DNA of 64,000 nucleotides from a virus (IMGVR_UViG_3300031908_000002:2337-66336), one strand, 5' to 3'; positions 9,237-18,263 are shown, counted from the stretch's first letter. The notes: a model not told the origin generated them from the letters alone. Numbers and translations are program-made.

Positions 9237-9431
9237 TTACTCCGAGTGCTCGGTTTCACGCTCCCGCAGGATGCGCTGGTAGATTTCTTCGCGGTGGATC
9301 GGCACGTTGGCCTTGGCGTGGCAGCCGAGGCGGACCTGCTGGCCGGACACGCCAATGATGGTGACGGTGACCTGATTGTCGCCTTCGCCAAGGATGAGGG
9401 TTTCGTTGATTTTGCGGGTGAGTACGAGCAT
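9237..9431 (-). CDS. csrA: Carbon storage regulator CsrA/RsmA homolog
   Basis: MLVLTRK.NE.L.LG...[17 protein letters not shown]...[12 protein letters not shown]. Confidence 0.95.
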   Translation of the reverse strand: MLVLTRKINETLILGEGDNQVTVTIIGVSGQQVRLGCHAKANVPIHREEIYQRILRERETEHSE

Positions 9432-9440
9432 CGCTGGGTG

Positions 9441-9456
9441 ACTCCTTTCCGTGAGT
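9441..9456 (-). promoter_or_regulatory. Putative CsrA-binding hairpin overlapping csrA SD
   Basis: Minus strand ACUC-ACGGAAAG-GAGU: 4-bp stem, ACGGA in loop, AAGGAG SD partly paired. Confidence 0.45.
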
Positions 9457-9981
9457 GGTGGCCGGGGGCCAATGGCCCAGCCCCGCCGGGGTGATCTGCC
9501 CCATGGTTGGAATGGGCACCCCGGACGGGCCGGTACCCTAAAGTGAAGGGGGTCTCTTTAGGGGTGCGTGGAGGTTACTAGGGGCGGGTCGAGGTGTACA
9601 CATGGGATTTGCGGTATCGGACGAATGGTTAGGGGGTCTGTCCGCCTGGGTCCGGTGCCGTCCGTCGGTAAAAAGTGTGGTGGGGGTGTACTTGGCACAC
9701 TTTAAGCAAGGCATTTATCCTATGTGGACACCTTGTAGCACGTCACTGCCCCATGCCTGCCGCACTTCTATATGCCTGCCGTCCGCCGTCCGCTAGACCA
9801 TGCCCCGCCGTGTTACAATGGGCTTGTGTACAATGCGACCAACGGTCACGCCTTGCCTTGCACACTTTGCGAACTCGCATAGACTCTCAGTAGGCCAATG
9901 GATGGCTAGATGAGAATGAGAATCATTCTTGTTTACTCGCAAAGGGCTTTGCGAACCTTCTTACCTATCGGAGTCTTCATC

Positions 9982-11067
9982 ATGACCGCACAAGCTAGCA
10001 CCAACGCCAAGACCAACGGCACTACCCTTGCCACTGGCGCCAAGATCAGCAAGTCCGCCAAGCTCACTAAAGCCGAAGCCGAGCACAAGGCGCTGATCGA
10101 AAAAGGTTCAACCCTCATTGCAGACGCGGCATGGTCTGCCGGTTCCGGTGAATACAATTTGACCGGGCGCATTCGTGAAGCCTTGTCGCTGGTAGCTGCC
10201 GATAGTGTGGCGGTTATGTCTGGCGCCTTCGCAATCCTTGGCGACAAGGCTAAGCCTGATCCGATCCCCGCCGGGGCTGGCGCAGACGTCCGCACTGCAA
10301 TGGAAAAGGAGGCCAACGCCAAGCGGGAACAATGGTGGAAGGCTGGCAACCGTGTTGCCACTATCTGCCGCCAAGCTCGTGACTCTATGCCGTTGGATCA
10401 GCGGCCTGTCGTATCCATCAAGCTGGATAAGTCCGAGGGTTCCGCCGTTGTAACCGTTATTCCTGCCGGTACAAGCCGGGAGGATGTCGCCAAGGCGCTG
10501 GATCACGACAAAAAAGCGCTGGCACAAGTGGTCAAAAAACTCGACAAGGAGGACGCCGAACGGGCGGAAATTGTCGCCAAGGCTGCCGGCCTGCCATCCC
10601 CTAAAGCCGAAGCCGAAGCGCGCGCCAAGGCCGAAGCCGAAGCCAAGGAGGCCGCTGATTTGGCTAAGGGCATGATCACCGTAAACGGCAAGGCCTTTGC
10701 TGATCTGCCGGTCATCGTCATCGCTGCCGCGTTGTCTACCCTGTCGAGTAAGTCCCTTACCGACCTTTGCGGCATGTTGACCCGTCAGGCCGAAAGGAAC
10801 GCCAAGGCCGAAGCCAAGCAAGCCGAGCGGGAAGCCGCGAAGGCCGCTAAGGTTCCATCCGCCAAGGCTAAGACCGGCAAGGGGGCTGCCAAGGCGCCAA
10901 ACGCCAAGCCAACGCCTGCCAGCGCTGGCAATGCCCAACGCGCCAGCAAGTCCGCTGCCGCTGCCGTCAAGGATGTGACTAAACCGAGCGCTGCCGACAT
11001 GCTGGACCCTGCCAAGGCTGGCGTCACCGTGACCCCATCAGACGCCAGCATGTCCGCCAGCGCCTAA
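9982..11067 (+). CDS. Ala/Lys-rich protein, first gene of rightward block
   Basis: ATG 9982 after GGAG; KAEAE repeats and basic low-complexity C-terminus. Confidence 0.75.
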   Translation: MTAQASTNAKTNGTTLATGAKISKSAKLTKAEAEHKALIEKGSTLIADAAWSAGSGEYNLTGRIREALSLVAADSVAVMSGAFAILGDKAKPDPIPAGAGADVRTAMEKEANAKREQWWKAGNRVATICRQARDSMPLDQRPVVSIKLDKSEGSAVVTVIPAGTSREDVAKALDHDKKALAQVVKKLDKEDAERAEIVAKAAGLPSPKAEAEARAKAEAEAKEAADLAKGMITVNGKAFADLPVIVIAAALSTLSSKSLTDLCGMLTRQAERNAKAEAKQAEREAAKAAKVPSAKAKTGKGAAKAPNAKPTPASAGNAQRASKSAAAAVKDVTKPSAADMLDPAKAGVTVTPSDASMSASA

Positions 11068-11075
11068 ACCGACCC

Positions 11076-11098
11076 GGCCCCATGGACGGGGCCATTTT
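11076..11098 (+). terminator. Weak terminator-like hairpin
   Basis: GGCCCC-ATGGAC-GGGGCC followed by ATTTTC. Confidence 0.4.
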
Positions 11099-11113
11099 CA
11101 AGGAGTGACTATC

Positions 11114-11242
11114 ATGCGTGCCGCCTTTGCTTTGTTGTTCCCCCTGATCCTTTGCGCTCTCGTTGGCTGGACTATCGTTCTGCCCGCCACTGAGGCTATC
11201 GGTCACATATCCAAGGCCTTGGCAGTCGCATTGCCAAGGTAA
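11114..11242 (+). CDS. 42-aa small membrane protein (not in ORF track)
   Basis: AAGGAG SD; MRAAFALLFPLILCALVGWTIVLPATEAIGHISKALAVALPR. Confidence 0.6.
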   Translation: MRAAFALLFPLILCALVGWTIVLPATEAIGHISKALAVALPR

Positions 11243-11247
11243 GGCGC

Positions 11248-11290
11248 CAAACGACAAAGCCCCGGCCCCCTGCCGGGGCTTTGTCGTTTG
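11248..11290. terminator. Perfect 19-bp inverted repeat (terminator-like)
   Basis: CAAACGACAAAGCCCCGGC-CCCCT-GCCGGGGCTTTGTCGTTTG just after the 11242 stop. Confidence 0.7.
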
Positions 11291-12189
11291 TGGCTTTCCA
11301 GTTCCCCGGCCCCGTCAGGGGGCCACCCACCCCGGCCTTCGCAAAGGGCTTTGCGAAGGCGGCGTCATGTAGCAGGTGCGCGCACCTCACGCCAGTGCCT
11401 GGGATTTTCGCAAAGGGCTTTGCGAAGGGCTGCCATATGGCAGGAGGAAGCCGACAAAGGGAAAGGGCTCTCAGTGGGCCATAGCGCGAGGAAAGCGCCC
11501 CCCGGCGACGTTAAACGCGAAGGCGCCCCCGGTGAACTCATTAGGGAAGTTTCAGGGGCGCCCCGGCCCAGACCCACAGGAGCCAGCGCAGCACAGCCAG
11601 CAGGTGCCGCAGAGGCTCTCACACTCGCAAAGGGCTTTGCGAAGGCCTTCAGGGAGGCAAAAGGACTATCGCCTTCTCTTCTACTACTTACTTTCTTATA
11701 TTATTTGTATTTAAGTATCTAGTAGTAGTGTTTCAAGTACACGGTTTTTTGCAAAAGTGCTCGAAAGAACTTCCAAACTTGTGGAGGAAGCAGGCAGCGT
11801 GCGTGTCTGACGCTCTCGCAACCCATGCTTTTCCCCTGCTCCTTCCACCCAAGCCGACCCCCCGGAACAGGCCCCAAGCCACAAGGAATAAGGCTCTCAG
11901 CCCGATCAACCATGACACCGTGTACAGAGCACCGACTATCTATAATCGAACGAATATGTACATAGCACCACGACATGGAAAAAGTCTGTCAACCCCCCAA
12001 ACAGGAGAATTTTGTAACAGTAAAGAGACTTGTGTACTAGGCCCACACTGTGCCTCGAAAAATCCGTGTACCTATACGGTCAAAACTGTACAAAGCACGG
12101 TTACTTGTACCATGCGGCGATAAAATTTTTCCAAAATGATACCCAATTTTTACTTGACAGCCCTAATAACCCAGTCCCACAGCCACACC

Positions 12190-12238
12190 GTGTACAATGC
12201 CAGTGCCTATTCCGACGAGTGGTACTGGCATTGTACAC
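12190..12238. repeat. 15-bp perfect inverted repeat containing TGTACA
   Basis: GTGTACAATGCCAGT-N19-ACTGGCATTGTACAC. Confidence 0.85.
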
Positions 12239-12447
12239 AAAGACCCGTTACGATGCCGCTCGACCCCAAAAAGGGCCGAGGTCGGTGGTCGTCGTCGCTC
12301 CTGAAAGGGGGTTTTGCGGCAGAAAGTGACCCGTCTTTGTGTGCAATATCGGTCAATCCGCCCCTGTCGGACCTTGCCCACCGTCTATTCCCCGGCCAAC
12401 GCCAAGCAGCGGGAGCCATGGCGAGGGGTAAAGCAGGGGCGAATTGA

Positions 12448-13138
12448 TCCCTTACTTCCTGTTAAACGCATCACTTACATCTTGATCCAGCGCGTCCCTT
12501 ACTTCTTGTCAAAGCCCCTAGATACGTGGCTTTGCGGGAAACCAGCTAAGAACGCGACGAATGCCCCCTGCCGTAGCTAGGCGAAGTAGGGGGAGGGGGT
12601 CAGGGGCATCCCTTACTTCCTGTTAGGGTCCGCCCCTTACATCCTGTTAGGGTCCGTCCCTTACTTCTTGTTACGAGCTATCCCTTACATCTTGATCCAC
12701 CGCATCACTTACATCTTGTCAAAGCCGCTTCGCAAAGGGCTTTGCGAAGAAACAGGCAATCCCTTACATCCTGATCCAACCCTGATCCTTCAACGAGGAA
12801 CCGAACCATGAACAACGCCATCGCCATGATGTGGGCCTACTACGGTCACATCGCTGAACTGCTGTACCAATGGATTGAACGCCAGTTTCCCGGCTATCCG
12901 GCGCTGGTGTTGCTCGCCCCGATGTGGCCGATGATCCTCACCGTGGTCATCGTCCTGATCGCCAACGAAGTGAGCCACCGCCTGATGCTGCGGCGCCTGC
13001 GTAGGGACATCGCAGCCCGCCGTGCCCGTGCCATACAGGAACGGGAAGCGGCCAGCCGAGTCCCTGCGGATCGTCATTGACTACCCCCGGTAGCCATCCC
13101 TTACATCTTGTTCCACCCGCTATCCCGTACATCTTGTT
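12448..13138. repeat. Direct-repeat array, 11 copies of TC(C/A)CTTAC(A/T)TC(C/T)TG(T/A)(T/C)
   Basis: Units at 12448, 12471, 12495, 12609, 12633, 12657, 12681, 12705 (five at exact 24-bp period), 12760, 13097, 13123. Confidence 0.9.
12808..13080 (+). CDS. Hypothetical membrane protein (90 aa)
   Basis: GAGGA SD, hydrophobic central helix. Confidence 0.7.
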   Translation: MNNAIAMMWAYYGHIAELLYQWIERQFPGYPALVLLAPMWPMILTVVIVLIANEVSHRLMLRRLRRDIAARRARAIQEREAASRVPADRH

Positions 13139-13216
13139 CCACCCCCGGCTCGCAAAGCCCTTTGCGAAGTGAAGCGACAAGCGAGCCCACCTTCATCAAA
13201 GTAGGAGCAACACACC

Positions 13217-13471
13217 ATGGCAACCTCGAACAAATCCACCCCTGCCAAACCAGCCCGCTACTGGATGGGCTCTGACCCGAAAGCCTGCGACATCTGCCGC
13301 AAGGACTTTGAAGACACCTTTATCGACGGCGCCACCCTGCGTGGCCCGTGGGCGAACATGTGCCCTGCCTGCTGGGACCGTGGCCTTGGCCTTGGCGGCG
13401 CCTGCACTGAGGGTCGCGGTCAGCGCTACCAGCGCCAAGCCGATGGTCGCTGGTTGAAGGTGGAGGGCTGA
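13217..13471 (+). CDS. Small Zn-finger-like protein
   Basis: CDIC...MCPAC pairs; AGGAG SD. Confidence 0.75.
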   Translation: MATSNKSTPAKPARYWMGSDPKACDICRKDFEDTFIDGATLRGPWANMCPACWDRGLGLGGACTEGRGQRYQRQADGRWLKVEG

Positions 13472-13474
13472 GTC

Positions 13475-13831
13475 ATGAGCTGGACGACCCACTACGAACA
13501 GGCCACCAAGCAGGAACGCCTCGCTGCGGCCTTGGAAGACGTGAAGTTCTACCTCGGTGACGCCTACCCTCGCACCCTGCAAAGCCTGCGCGACTACTGG
13601 CAGGAGAACAGCCGCTGCTCCGTGGTCAGCCGCTACCGTGAGGGGCGGATGGTCATGGCGAACATCGTGGGCATACAGGGGAAGACCCCGTATGGAGCGT
13701 TGCTGCGTGCGGCATTGAAGCCGGCAACCCTCGCCCCTGAGCGCAAGCCGCATCTCACCCTGATCCTCACCGGCTCCATGCGTGTGATCGACATGGACAA
13801 TGCCCACGACGATCTTGAAGACGCCAACTGA
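13475..13831 (+). CDS. Hypothetical protein (118 aa)
   Basis: Tightly packed ORF after 13471. Confidence 0.65.
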   Translation: MSWTTHYEQATKQERLAAALEDVKFYLGDAYPRTLQSLRDYWQENSRCSVVSRYREGRMVMANIVGIQGKTPYGALLRAALKPATLAPERKPHLTLILTGSMRVIDMDNAHDDLEDAN

Positions 13832-13840
13832 TCCACCCCC

Positions 13841-13890
13841 AGCCCTTCGCAGCGTGCTCGCAAAGCACTTTGCGAGGGGCTTTTGTGTTT
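13841..13890 (+). terminator. Long terminator hairpin mutually exclusive with a palindrome copy
   Basis: 13841-13858 pairs with 13864-13881, followed by TTTGTGTTT; palindrome 13857-13876 overlaps it. Confidence 0.55.
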
Positions 13891-13929
13891 GTCGCACCAC
13901 CACCTGTCCCTTCATCTTGGAGACACAAA

Positions 13930-14565
13930 ATGGCTACGAAGAAACGCCCTCCTGCCCCGCCTGAACCCAACGAGGCAGACCACGACCCTGACCTGATCCC
14001 CCGTGCCTTGGCCCAGCTCAAGTCCACCCTGCGGGACCGGACCGGCCTTGTGCAGTTCAAGTCGGACGAGAACGTGCATGACTACCTGCGATTGAAGATT
14101 GGTCACATCGACGACCGCGAGGTGTTCGGTGTGATCTGGCTGGACGGGCAGGGCAGCATCATTGAAGACGTCAGGCTGGCCGAAGGCGGGTTGACCGAGA
14201 CGCACATCAGCCTCAAGCAGGTCCTGCGCAGTGCGTTGGACTACAAGGCTCACGCCGGGATCGTGTACCACAATCATCCCAGCGGGTATTCCGACCCCAG
14301 CGACAACGACATCAAGCTGACCGAGCGCCTGGGCTATCTGCTGGGGATGCTGGAGATCGAGCTGGTTGATCACTACATTGTCGGCTGTGACTCGGACTTG
14401 CAGGTGGGCAGCGTCAAGGATTACGTCACTGCCAAGGAGAAAGAGCAGGAAGAGCAGCAGGGCAAGCACGTGCGGATGCTGCGGGAGATGGGCATCGACG
14501 TCCCTAAAGGCGCGAGAGTGCCGGAAGGTCTGGTCCGCATCCTGCGAATGCTGCACGGCCTGTAG
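13930..14565 (+). CDS. radC: RadC-like JAB/MPN domain protein
   Basis: REVFGVIWLD, HNHPSGYSDPSDNDIKLT, IELVDHYIVG; start ATG 13930 after GGAG. Confidence 0.88.
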   Translation: MATKKRPPAPPEPNEADHDPDLIPRALAQLKSTLRDRTGLVQFKSDENVHDYLRLKIGHIDDREVFGVIWLDGQGSIIEDVRLAEGGLTETHISLKQVLRSALDYKAHAGIVYHNHPSGYSDPSDNDIKLTERLGYLLGMLEIELVDHYIVGCDSDLQVGSVKDYVTAKEKEQEEQQGKHVRMLREMGIDVPKGARVPEGLVRILRMLHGL

Positions 14566-14645
14566 CCACTAAAAGACGAAGGGTTCGCAAAGGGCTTTGC
14601 GAACCTGTTCCCCGAAGTTAGCAACACGATTGAAGGAGATCGACT

Positions 14646-15029
14646 ATGAACGCGCTGACCGAACACGGCCCCGCCCATGCCATCGCCAACCCGGAGGCCA
14701 ACCCAGCCACGGCCCTGATTATCGACGTGCCTACGGTGAAGACCGCCCATGCCACCCTGCGGGGCTTGCAGAAGGCGATCAACGCCAACGTGGGTGAGCG
14801 TACCCATACGGAAGAGGACATCTTGGCCGTGGCCGAAGCCCTCGGCCTGACGCTGCTCAGCCATGAAGTCACCAAACGGGCCACCAACAACGAGTACGGC
14901 CTGCCGGCCACACCCACCAGCCCGGAGGAAGTGTTCTTCCATGTGTGCTTCCTGCCGCCACCGCGCTACGCCGAGGACGGCCCACGCAAGGCGGGCTATC
15001 TGACGATTTACATGCCAGTCAACCAGTGA
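14646..15029 (+). CDS. Hypothetical protein (127 aa)
   Basis: AAGGAG SD, palindrome upstream. Confidence 0.7.
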   Translation: MNALTEHGPAHAIANPEANPATALIIDVPTVKTAHATLRGLQKAINANVGERTHTEEDILAVAEALGLTLLSHEVTKRATNNEYGLPATPTSPEEVFFHVCFLPPPRYAEDGPRKAGYLTIYMPVNQ

Positions 15030-15063
15030 CAGGCACCACCAACCAACAAGAGAGGTCTTCAAC

Positions 15064-15408
15064 ATGACCGCTGAACACTTGGGCATCCAAGCCCTACCCT
15101 GCTCGCCGCAGGAGCTGAAGCAGCACGTTCTGCCTACCCTCGGCCCACGTGCCTGCCAGTTCCTGCTGGAGCAGGTGACGAAGGCGCCGCACGACATGAT
15201 GACGCTGTGCTTCGTGGCCAAGGCCGGCTTCGGCGTCGGCCCCAAAGGCGTGGGACGCTCCGTGGAGTGGGAGTTCCAGAGCGTGCTGAGCATGTCGGAG
15301 GACGAACTGGAGCTGGTGGCCAGCCGCCTGCCGACGATCAAGCGCCTGTACGCCAGCCGCAAGGCGTGGCAGGTGGCGATCCACACCAGCCTGCCCGCCA
15401 GCCACTGA
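15064..15408 (+). CDS. Hypothetical protein (114 aa)
   Basis: GAGG SD, packed ORF. Confidence 0.65.
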   Translation: MTAEHLGIQALPCSPQELKQHVLPTLGPRACQFLLEQVTKAPHDMMTLCFVAKAGFGVGPKGVGRSVEWEFQSVLSMSEDELELVASRLPTIKRLYASRKAWQVAIHTSLPASH

Positions 15409-15469
15409 CCTAACCCCTAACCCCAGCCCTTCGCAAAGTCACTTTGCGAACTATGAAGGAATCAATCCG

Positions 15470-15805
15470 ATGGAAACGAAGTACACCGTGATCCTGCCCA
15501 ACGGCGAAGAGACGGAGCACTGCGAGGACCTGCCGGAGTTCCCCGGCTACGAACGGCTCGCGCTGATCGTCGAACCACTGTTAGGCCCAGGAGTTTTCAT
15601 GGAGCACGTGACCGTGCTCCACAACGGCATCTACACCGACATGTTCGTCGACGAACACGGCGGGCAGAAGCGCCTGCTGCGCAACCCCAAGGCGACGGTC
15701 ATCTACCGGCACAATTGGATGAGTAGCCACGAAGGGTGTGACCCGGAAGTGCTGAACTACATCGTTGGACCGGCTGTGCTGTTTCACCGCCGGGTGTGGG
15801 ACTGA
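15470..15805 (+). CDS. DUF3846-like protein
   Basis: IVEPLLG...EHVTV...MFVDEHG..KRL.RNPKAT...IVGPAVLF. Confidence 0.55.
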   Translation: METKYTVILPNGEETEHCEDLPEFPGYERLALIVEPLLGPGVFMEHVTVLHNGIYTDMFVDEHGGQKRLLRNPKATVIYRHNWMSSHEGCDPEVLNYIVGPAVLFHRRVWD

Positions 15806-15883
15806 CGCAAAACGTCACACACCCTCCACCCAACCGAAACCCCTGTGACATGCAACACCCATCCTTCACTTAGGAAAACGACC

Positions 15884-16486
15884 ATGAAACACGAACTCGC
15901 TTACGTGCTGACGGCTGCCCATATGGCCGAGCTCGAAGACTGCATCCGCCTGCTGAACTATGCGGATAACAACTTCACCAAAGTGACCACCCGTGAGGGG
16001 ATCATTGAACGTCTCAACGCACTCACCCCTCACCTGAAGGCTTGCCCTGAACTGCGCAAGCTCCCGCTCGTCCCCCGCATCCCCAACGTCGATCCCCTGA
16101 CGGCGGCAGAGATCAACGAACTGAACCAGTTCAATGGCATCCTGCACGTCTATCTCACGGCCCCTCTGCGCGCTGCGTGCCCAGAGTCCGAGGACGGTTA
16201 CGACCTCGTGGACTGGGCCAAGGCCCATTGGCTGATCCAGCAAGCCACCCCCAACGACCTCGCCCTGTACGTGGCCTGCCTGCGCCGCATCCTGCTGTTC
16301 ACCGAAGGCAAGACCGACTATGAAGCGATCAACGTCTACCTCGGCGTGCGAGTGAACAAGGACGCCACCAGCGACCCGGTTGGCTGGCTGGAGAACGGGA
16401 TGCTGTTCAAGCGACAGGACAGCAGCAAGTTCTTCCTCGGTGGCATCCAGCGCTCCCTCCACGGCATCCCTGAGTTCCACTCGTAA
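15884..16486 (+). CDS. Hypothetical protein (200 aa)
   Basis: AGGA SD with CCTTCA leader. Confidence 0.7.
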   Translation: MKHELAYVLTAAHMAELEDCIRLLNYADNNFTKVTTREGIIERLNALTPHLKACPELRKLPLVPRIPNVDPLTAAEINELNQFNGILHVYLTAPLRAACPESEDGYDLVDWAKAHWLIQQATPNDLALYVACLRRILLFTEGKTDYEAINVYLGVRVNKDATSDPVGWLENGMLFKRQDSSKFFLGGIQRSLHGIPEFHS

Positions 16487-16496
16487 GGAGTCGGTC

Positions 16497-16853
16497 ATGA
16501 GCAAATTAGTTTGCGCCCATGCCGACACTTGCCTGTCGGACTTCTGGGGCGGTCATCACCTGCCGCACATACAGGTGGCGGTACACCGGGGTATGCACCT
16601 CTCCGAGCTCAAGCGTGAGCTGCACAGCGCGCTGAACGAAGGCGCAGTGGCGGGCAATGATCCCGTGACCCGCGACGACTCCGGCGAGGAAGGCGACCGT
16701 TGGTTCAAGAAGGCCCACGCCGCCGTGAACCGGATCACGCCAGCGCAGAAGAAAAAGCGCCGGCTGTTCGAGGACTTGGAAGAGGTTGACCCCGAGGACG
16801 ACAGCGCCCCGATGGTCTACGCCTTCTTCGTGTTCCAACCGGACGAGGACTGA
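16497..16853 (+). CDS. Hypothetical protein
   Basis: AAGGAG SD, ATG 16497. Confidence 0.7.
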   Translation: MSKLVCAHADTCLSDFWGGHHLPHIQVAVHRGMHLSELKRELHSALNEGAVAGNDPVTRDDSGEEGDRWFKKAHAAVNRITPAQKKKRRLFEDLEEVDPEDDSAPMVYAFFVFQPDED

Positions 16854-16856
16854 GCC

Positions 16857-17300
16857 ATGTCGATCATGAACGACATCACCAAGTCCGTCGAAGGGGCGGA
16901 CAACCTGTCGATCGTGGTACTGGTCGCTGGCATCGAGGACACCCCCGATCCGGTCACGATGACGTGGCGTCAGGCCCGTGCGCGGCTCGCAAAGCCACTT
17001 TGCGAACTGTACGACGCTTGCCTGCGCTGGGCGATGGACTTGGAAAACTACGGCTTCAAGGTCACCAAGCTGGAGTTCACCACCAACCTCGAAGTCAAGG
17101 ACCGGATACGGATGAGGGTCTGTGCGCTGGACTACAACGGCACCTCGCACTCCTGCTCCGGCAACTGCATGTTGGAAGAGGACACCCTGCCCAAGCACGG
17201 CGGAGCGACCTTCCTGTACCTGAGCAGCAACCTGCAAGAGTTGGAAGACCTCTACGAAGACGCGGTGTACCGCCAGCGGGAAAAGGAGAAGCAGTCATGA
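16857..17300 (+). CDS. Hypothetical protein (147 aa), contains intragenic palindrome
   Basis: Packed ORF; palindrome encodes AKPLCE. Confidence 0.65.
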   Translation: MSIMNDITKSVEGADNLSIVVLVAGIEDTPDPVTMTWRQARARLAKPLCELYDACLRWAMDLENYGFKVTKLEFTTNLEVKDRIRMRVCALDYNGTSHSCSGNCMLEEDTLPKHGGATFLYLSSNLQELEDLYEDAVYRQREKEKQS

Positions 17301-17764
17301 ACGAGACAATCAACCGGGCCTACATCGCCGCGCAACTGCGCCAGCTCGCCACGGCGGAGCACCACTACACCCTGCAATTGGGCAGTGATGCCGGGGGGAA
17401 GACCAACCACCTGAACATCACGCCCAGCCAGTTCGCCATGCTGGTGCCGCTGCTGCTGATCGAACCGGACCGCAACCTGTACCACCAGTTGAACCGGTTG
17501 CTGGCCCAGGCTCGCGGCTGCATCGACGAACCGATTGCACTGGAGTACGCCCCGGACGTGTTCATCGAGGTACGACCCATCACGGACGACAACCGGGTCA
17601 GCGTGATGAAGCGCGGGCATGGCTTCACCTGCGTGAACTACACCCCCGAGGGGGTGATCGTCGACGTGATCGACGAGAACACTGACGAGGTTCACACAGT
17701 TTCAATTACGAACGACGGCCTGACCCTCCCCGAGGGCAGCGACCAACAACAACAGCCCGACTGA
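17297..17764 (+). CDS. Hypothetical protein
   Basis: AAGGAG SD, ATGA overlap. Confidence 0.7.
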   Translation: MNETINRAYIAAQLRQLATAEHHYTLQLGSDAGGKTNHLNITPSQFAMLVPLLLIEPDRNLYHQLNRLLAQARGCIDEPIALEYAPDVFIEVRPITDDNRVSVMKRGHGFTCVNYTPEGVIVDVIDENTDEVHTVSITNDGLTLPEGSDQQQQPD

Positions 17765-17766
17765 TC

Positions 17767-18099
17767 GTGACCGTCATGAAGAAAGACGAACTAGCCAAGC
17801 TACTTGCCGAGAAAGCCGCAGAGTTCCAGCAATACGGCGGCGAGATAGTGCGGTACGCCAGCCCGGAGAAGCCCAACAAGATCAAGTTGGGCGCGGCTCC
17901 GATTTTGCCGGACAACCTGCGTGATGCGGAATGGGAGCGGTACCTGCAAGAACTGTACTCCGGCACCTACGCCCCGGACACGGACTTCCGGGCACCGGAG
18001 CCGAAGCCGAAGAAGCCACCGAAGCTGCCGAAAGGCGAGGACGGCAGGGGGTGGAAGCCCATCAAGAACCATGGACCTAAATGGAAGGAGGACAAGTGA
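17767..18099 (+). CDS. Hypothetical protein (110 aa), Lys/Pro-rich C-terminus
   Basis: Packed ORF. Confidence 0.6.
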   Translation: MTVMKKDELAKLLAEKAAEFQQYGGEIVRYASPEKPNKIKLGAAPILPDNLRDAEWERYLQELYSGTYAPDTDFRAPEPKPKKPPKLPKGEDGRGWKPIKNHGPKWKEDK

Positions 18100-18263
18100 T
18101 CTGGAAAATACTCGACGAGGTGCCGTGGCAGGCAAAGCTGATCCTCTGGCTGTGGCTGCTGTGGACCTTCAAGTACATCGCCCTGTGGGTAGCGGCGGTG
18201 TACGTGCTGTGGTGCGTCCTGAAGTGCTTCTGGCTGTGCGTCAACAACCCGGAGGACGAGTGA
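18096..18263 (+). CDS. Small Trp-rich membrane protein
   Basis: GGAGG SD, GTGA overlap; hydrophobic. Confidence 0.65.
   Translation: MIWKILDEVPWQAKLILWLWLLWTFKYIALWVAAVYVLWCVLKCFWLCVNNPEDE

Noticed and set aside
12154-12198. TTGACA at 12154 with TACAAT at 12193
   Set aside because: Spacing of 33 nt is incompatible with a sigma70 promoter
12508-12723. Minus-strand TTGACA at ends of two array units
   Set aside because: No -10 box at 17 nt (TGGATC)
12448-13138. Repeat array as a CRISPR array
   Set aside because: Units are 16 nt with 7-10 nt linkers, too short for spacers; no cas genes
9937-14625. TTGCGA half-site of the palindrome as a sigma70 -35 box
   Set aside because: The copies checked (9937, 14584) have no -10 at 16-18 nt, and most copies are too close to the ATG to leave room for a promoter
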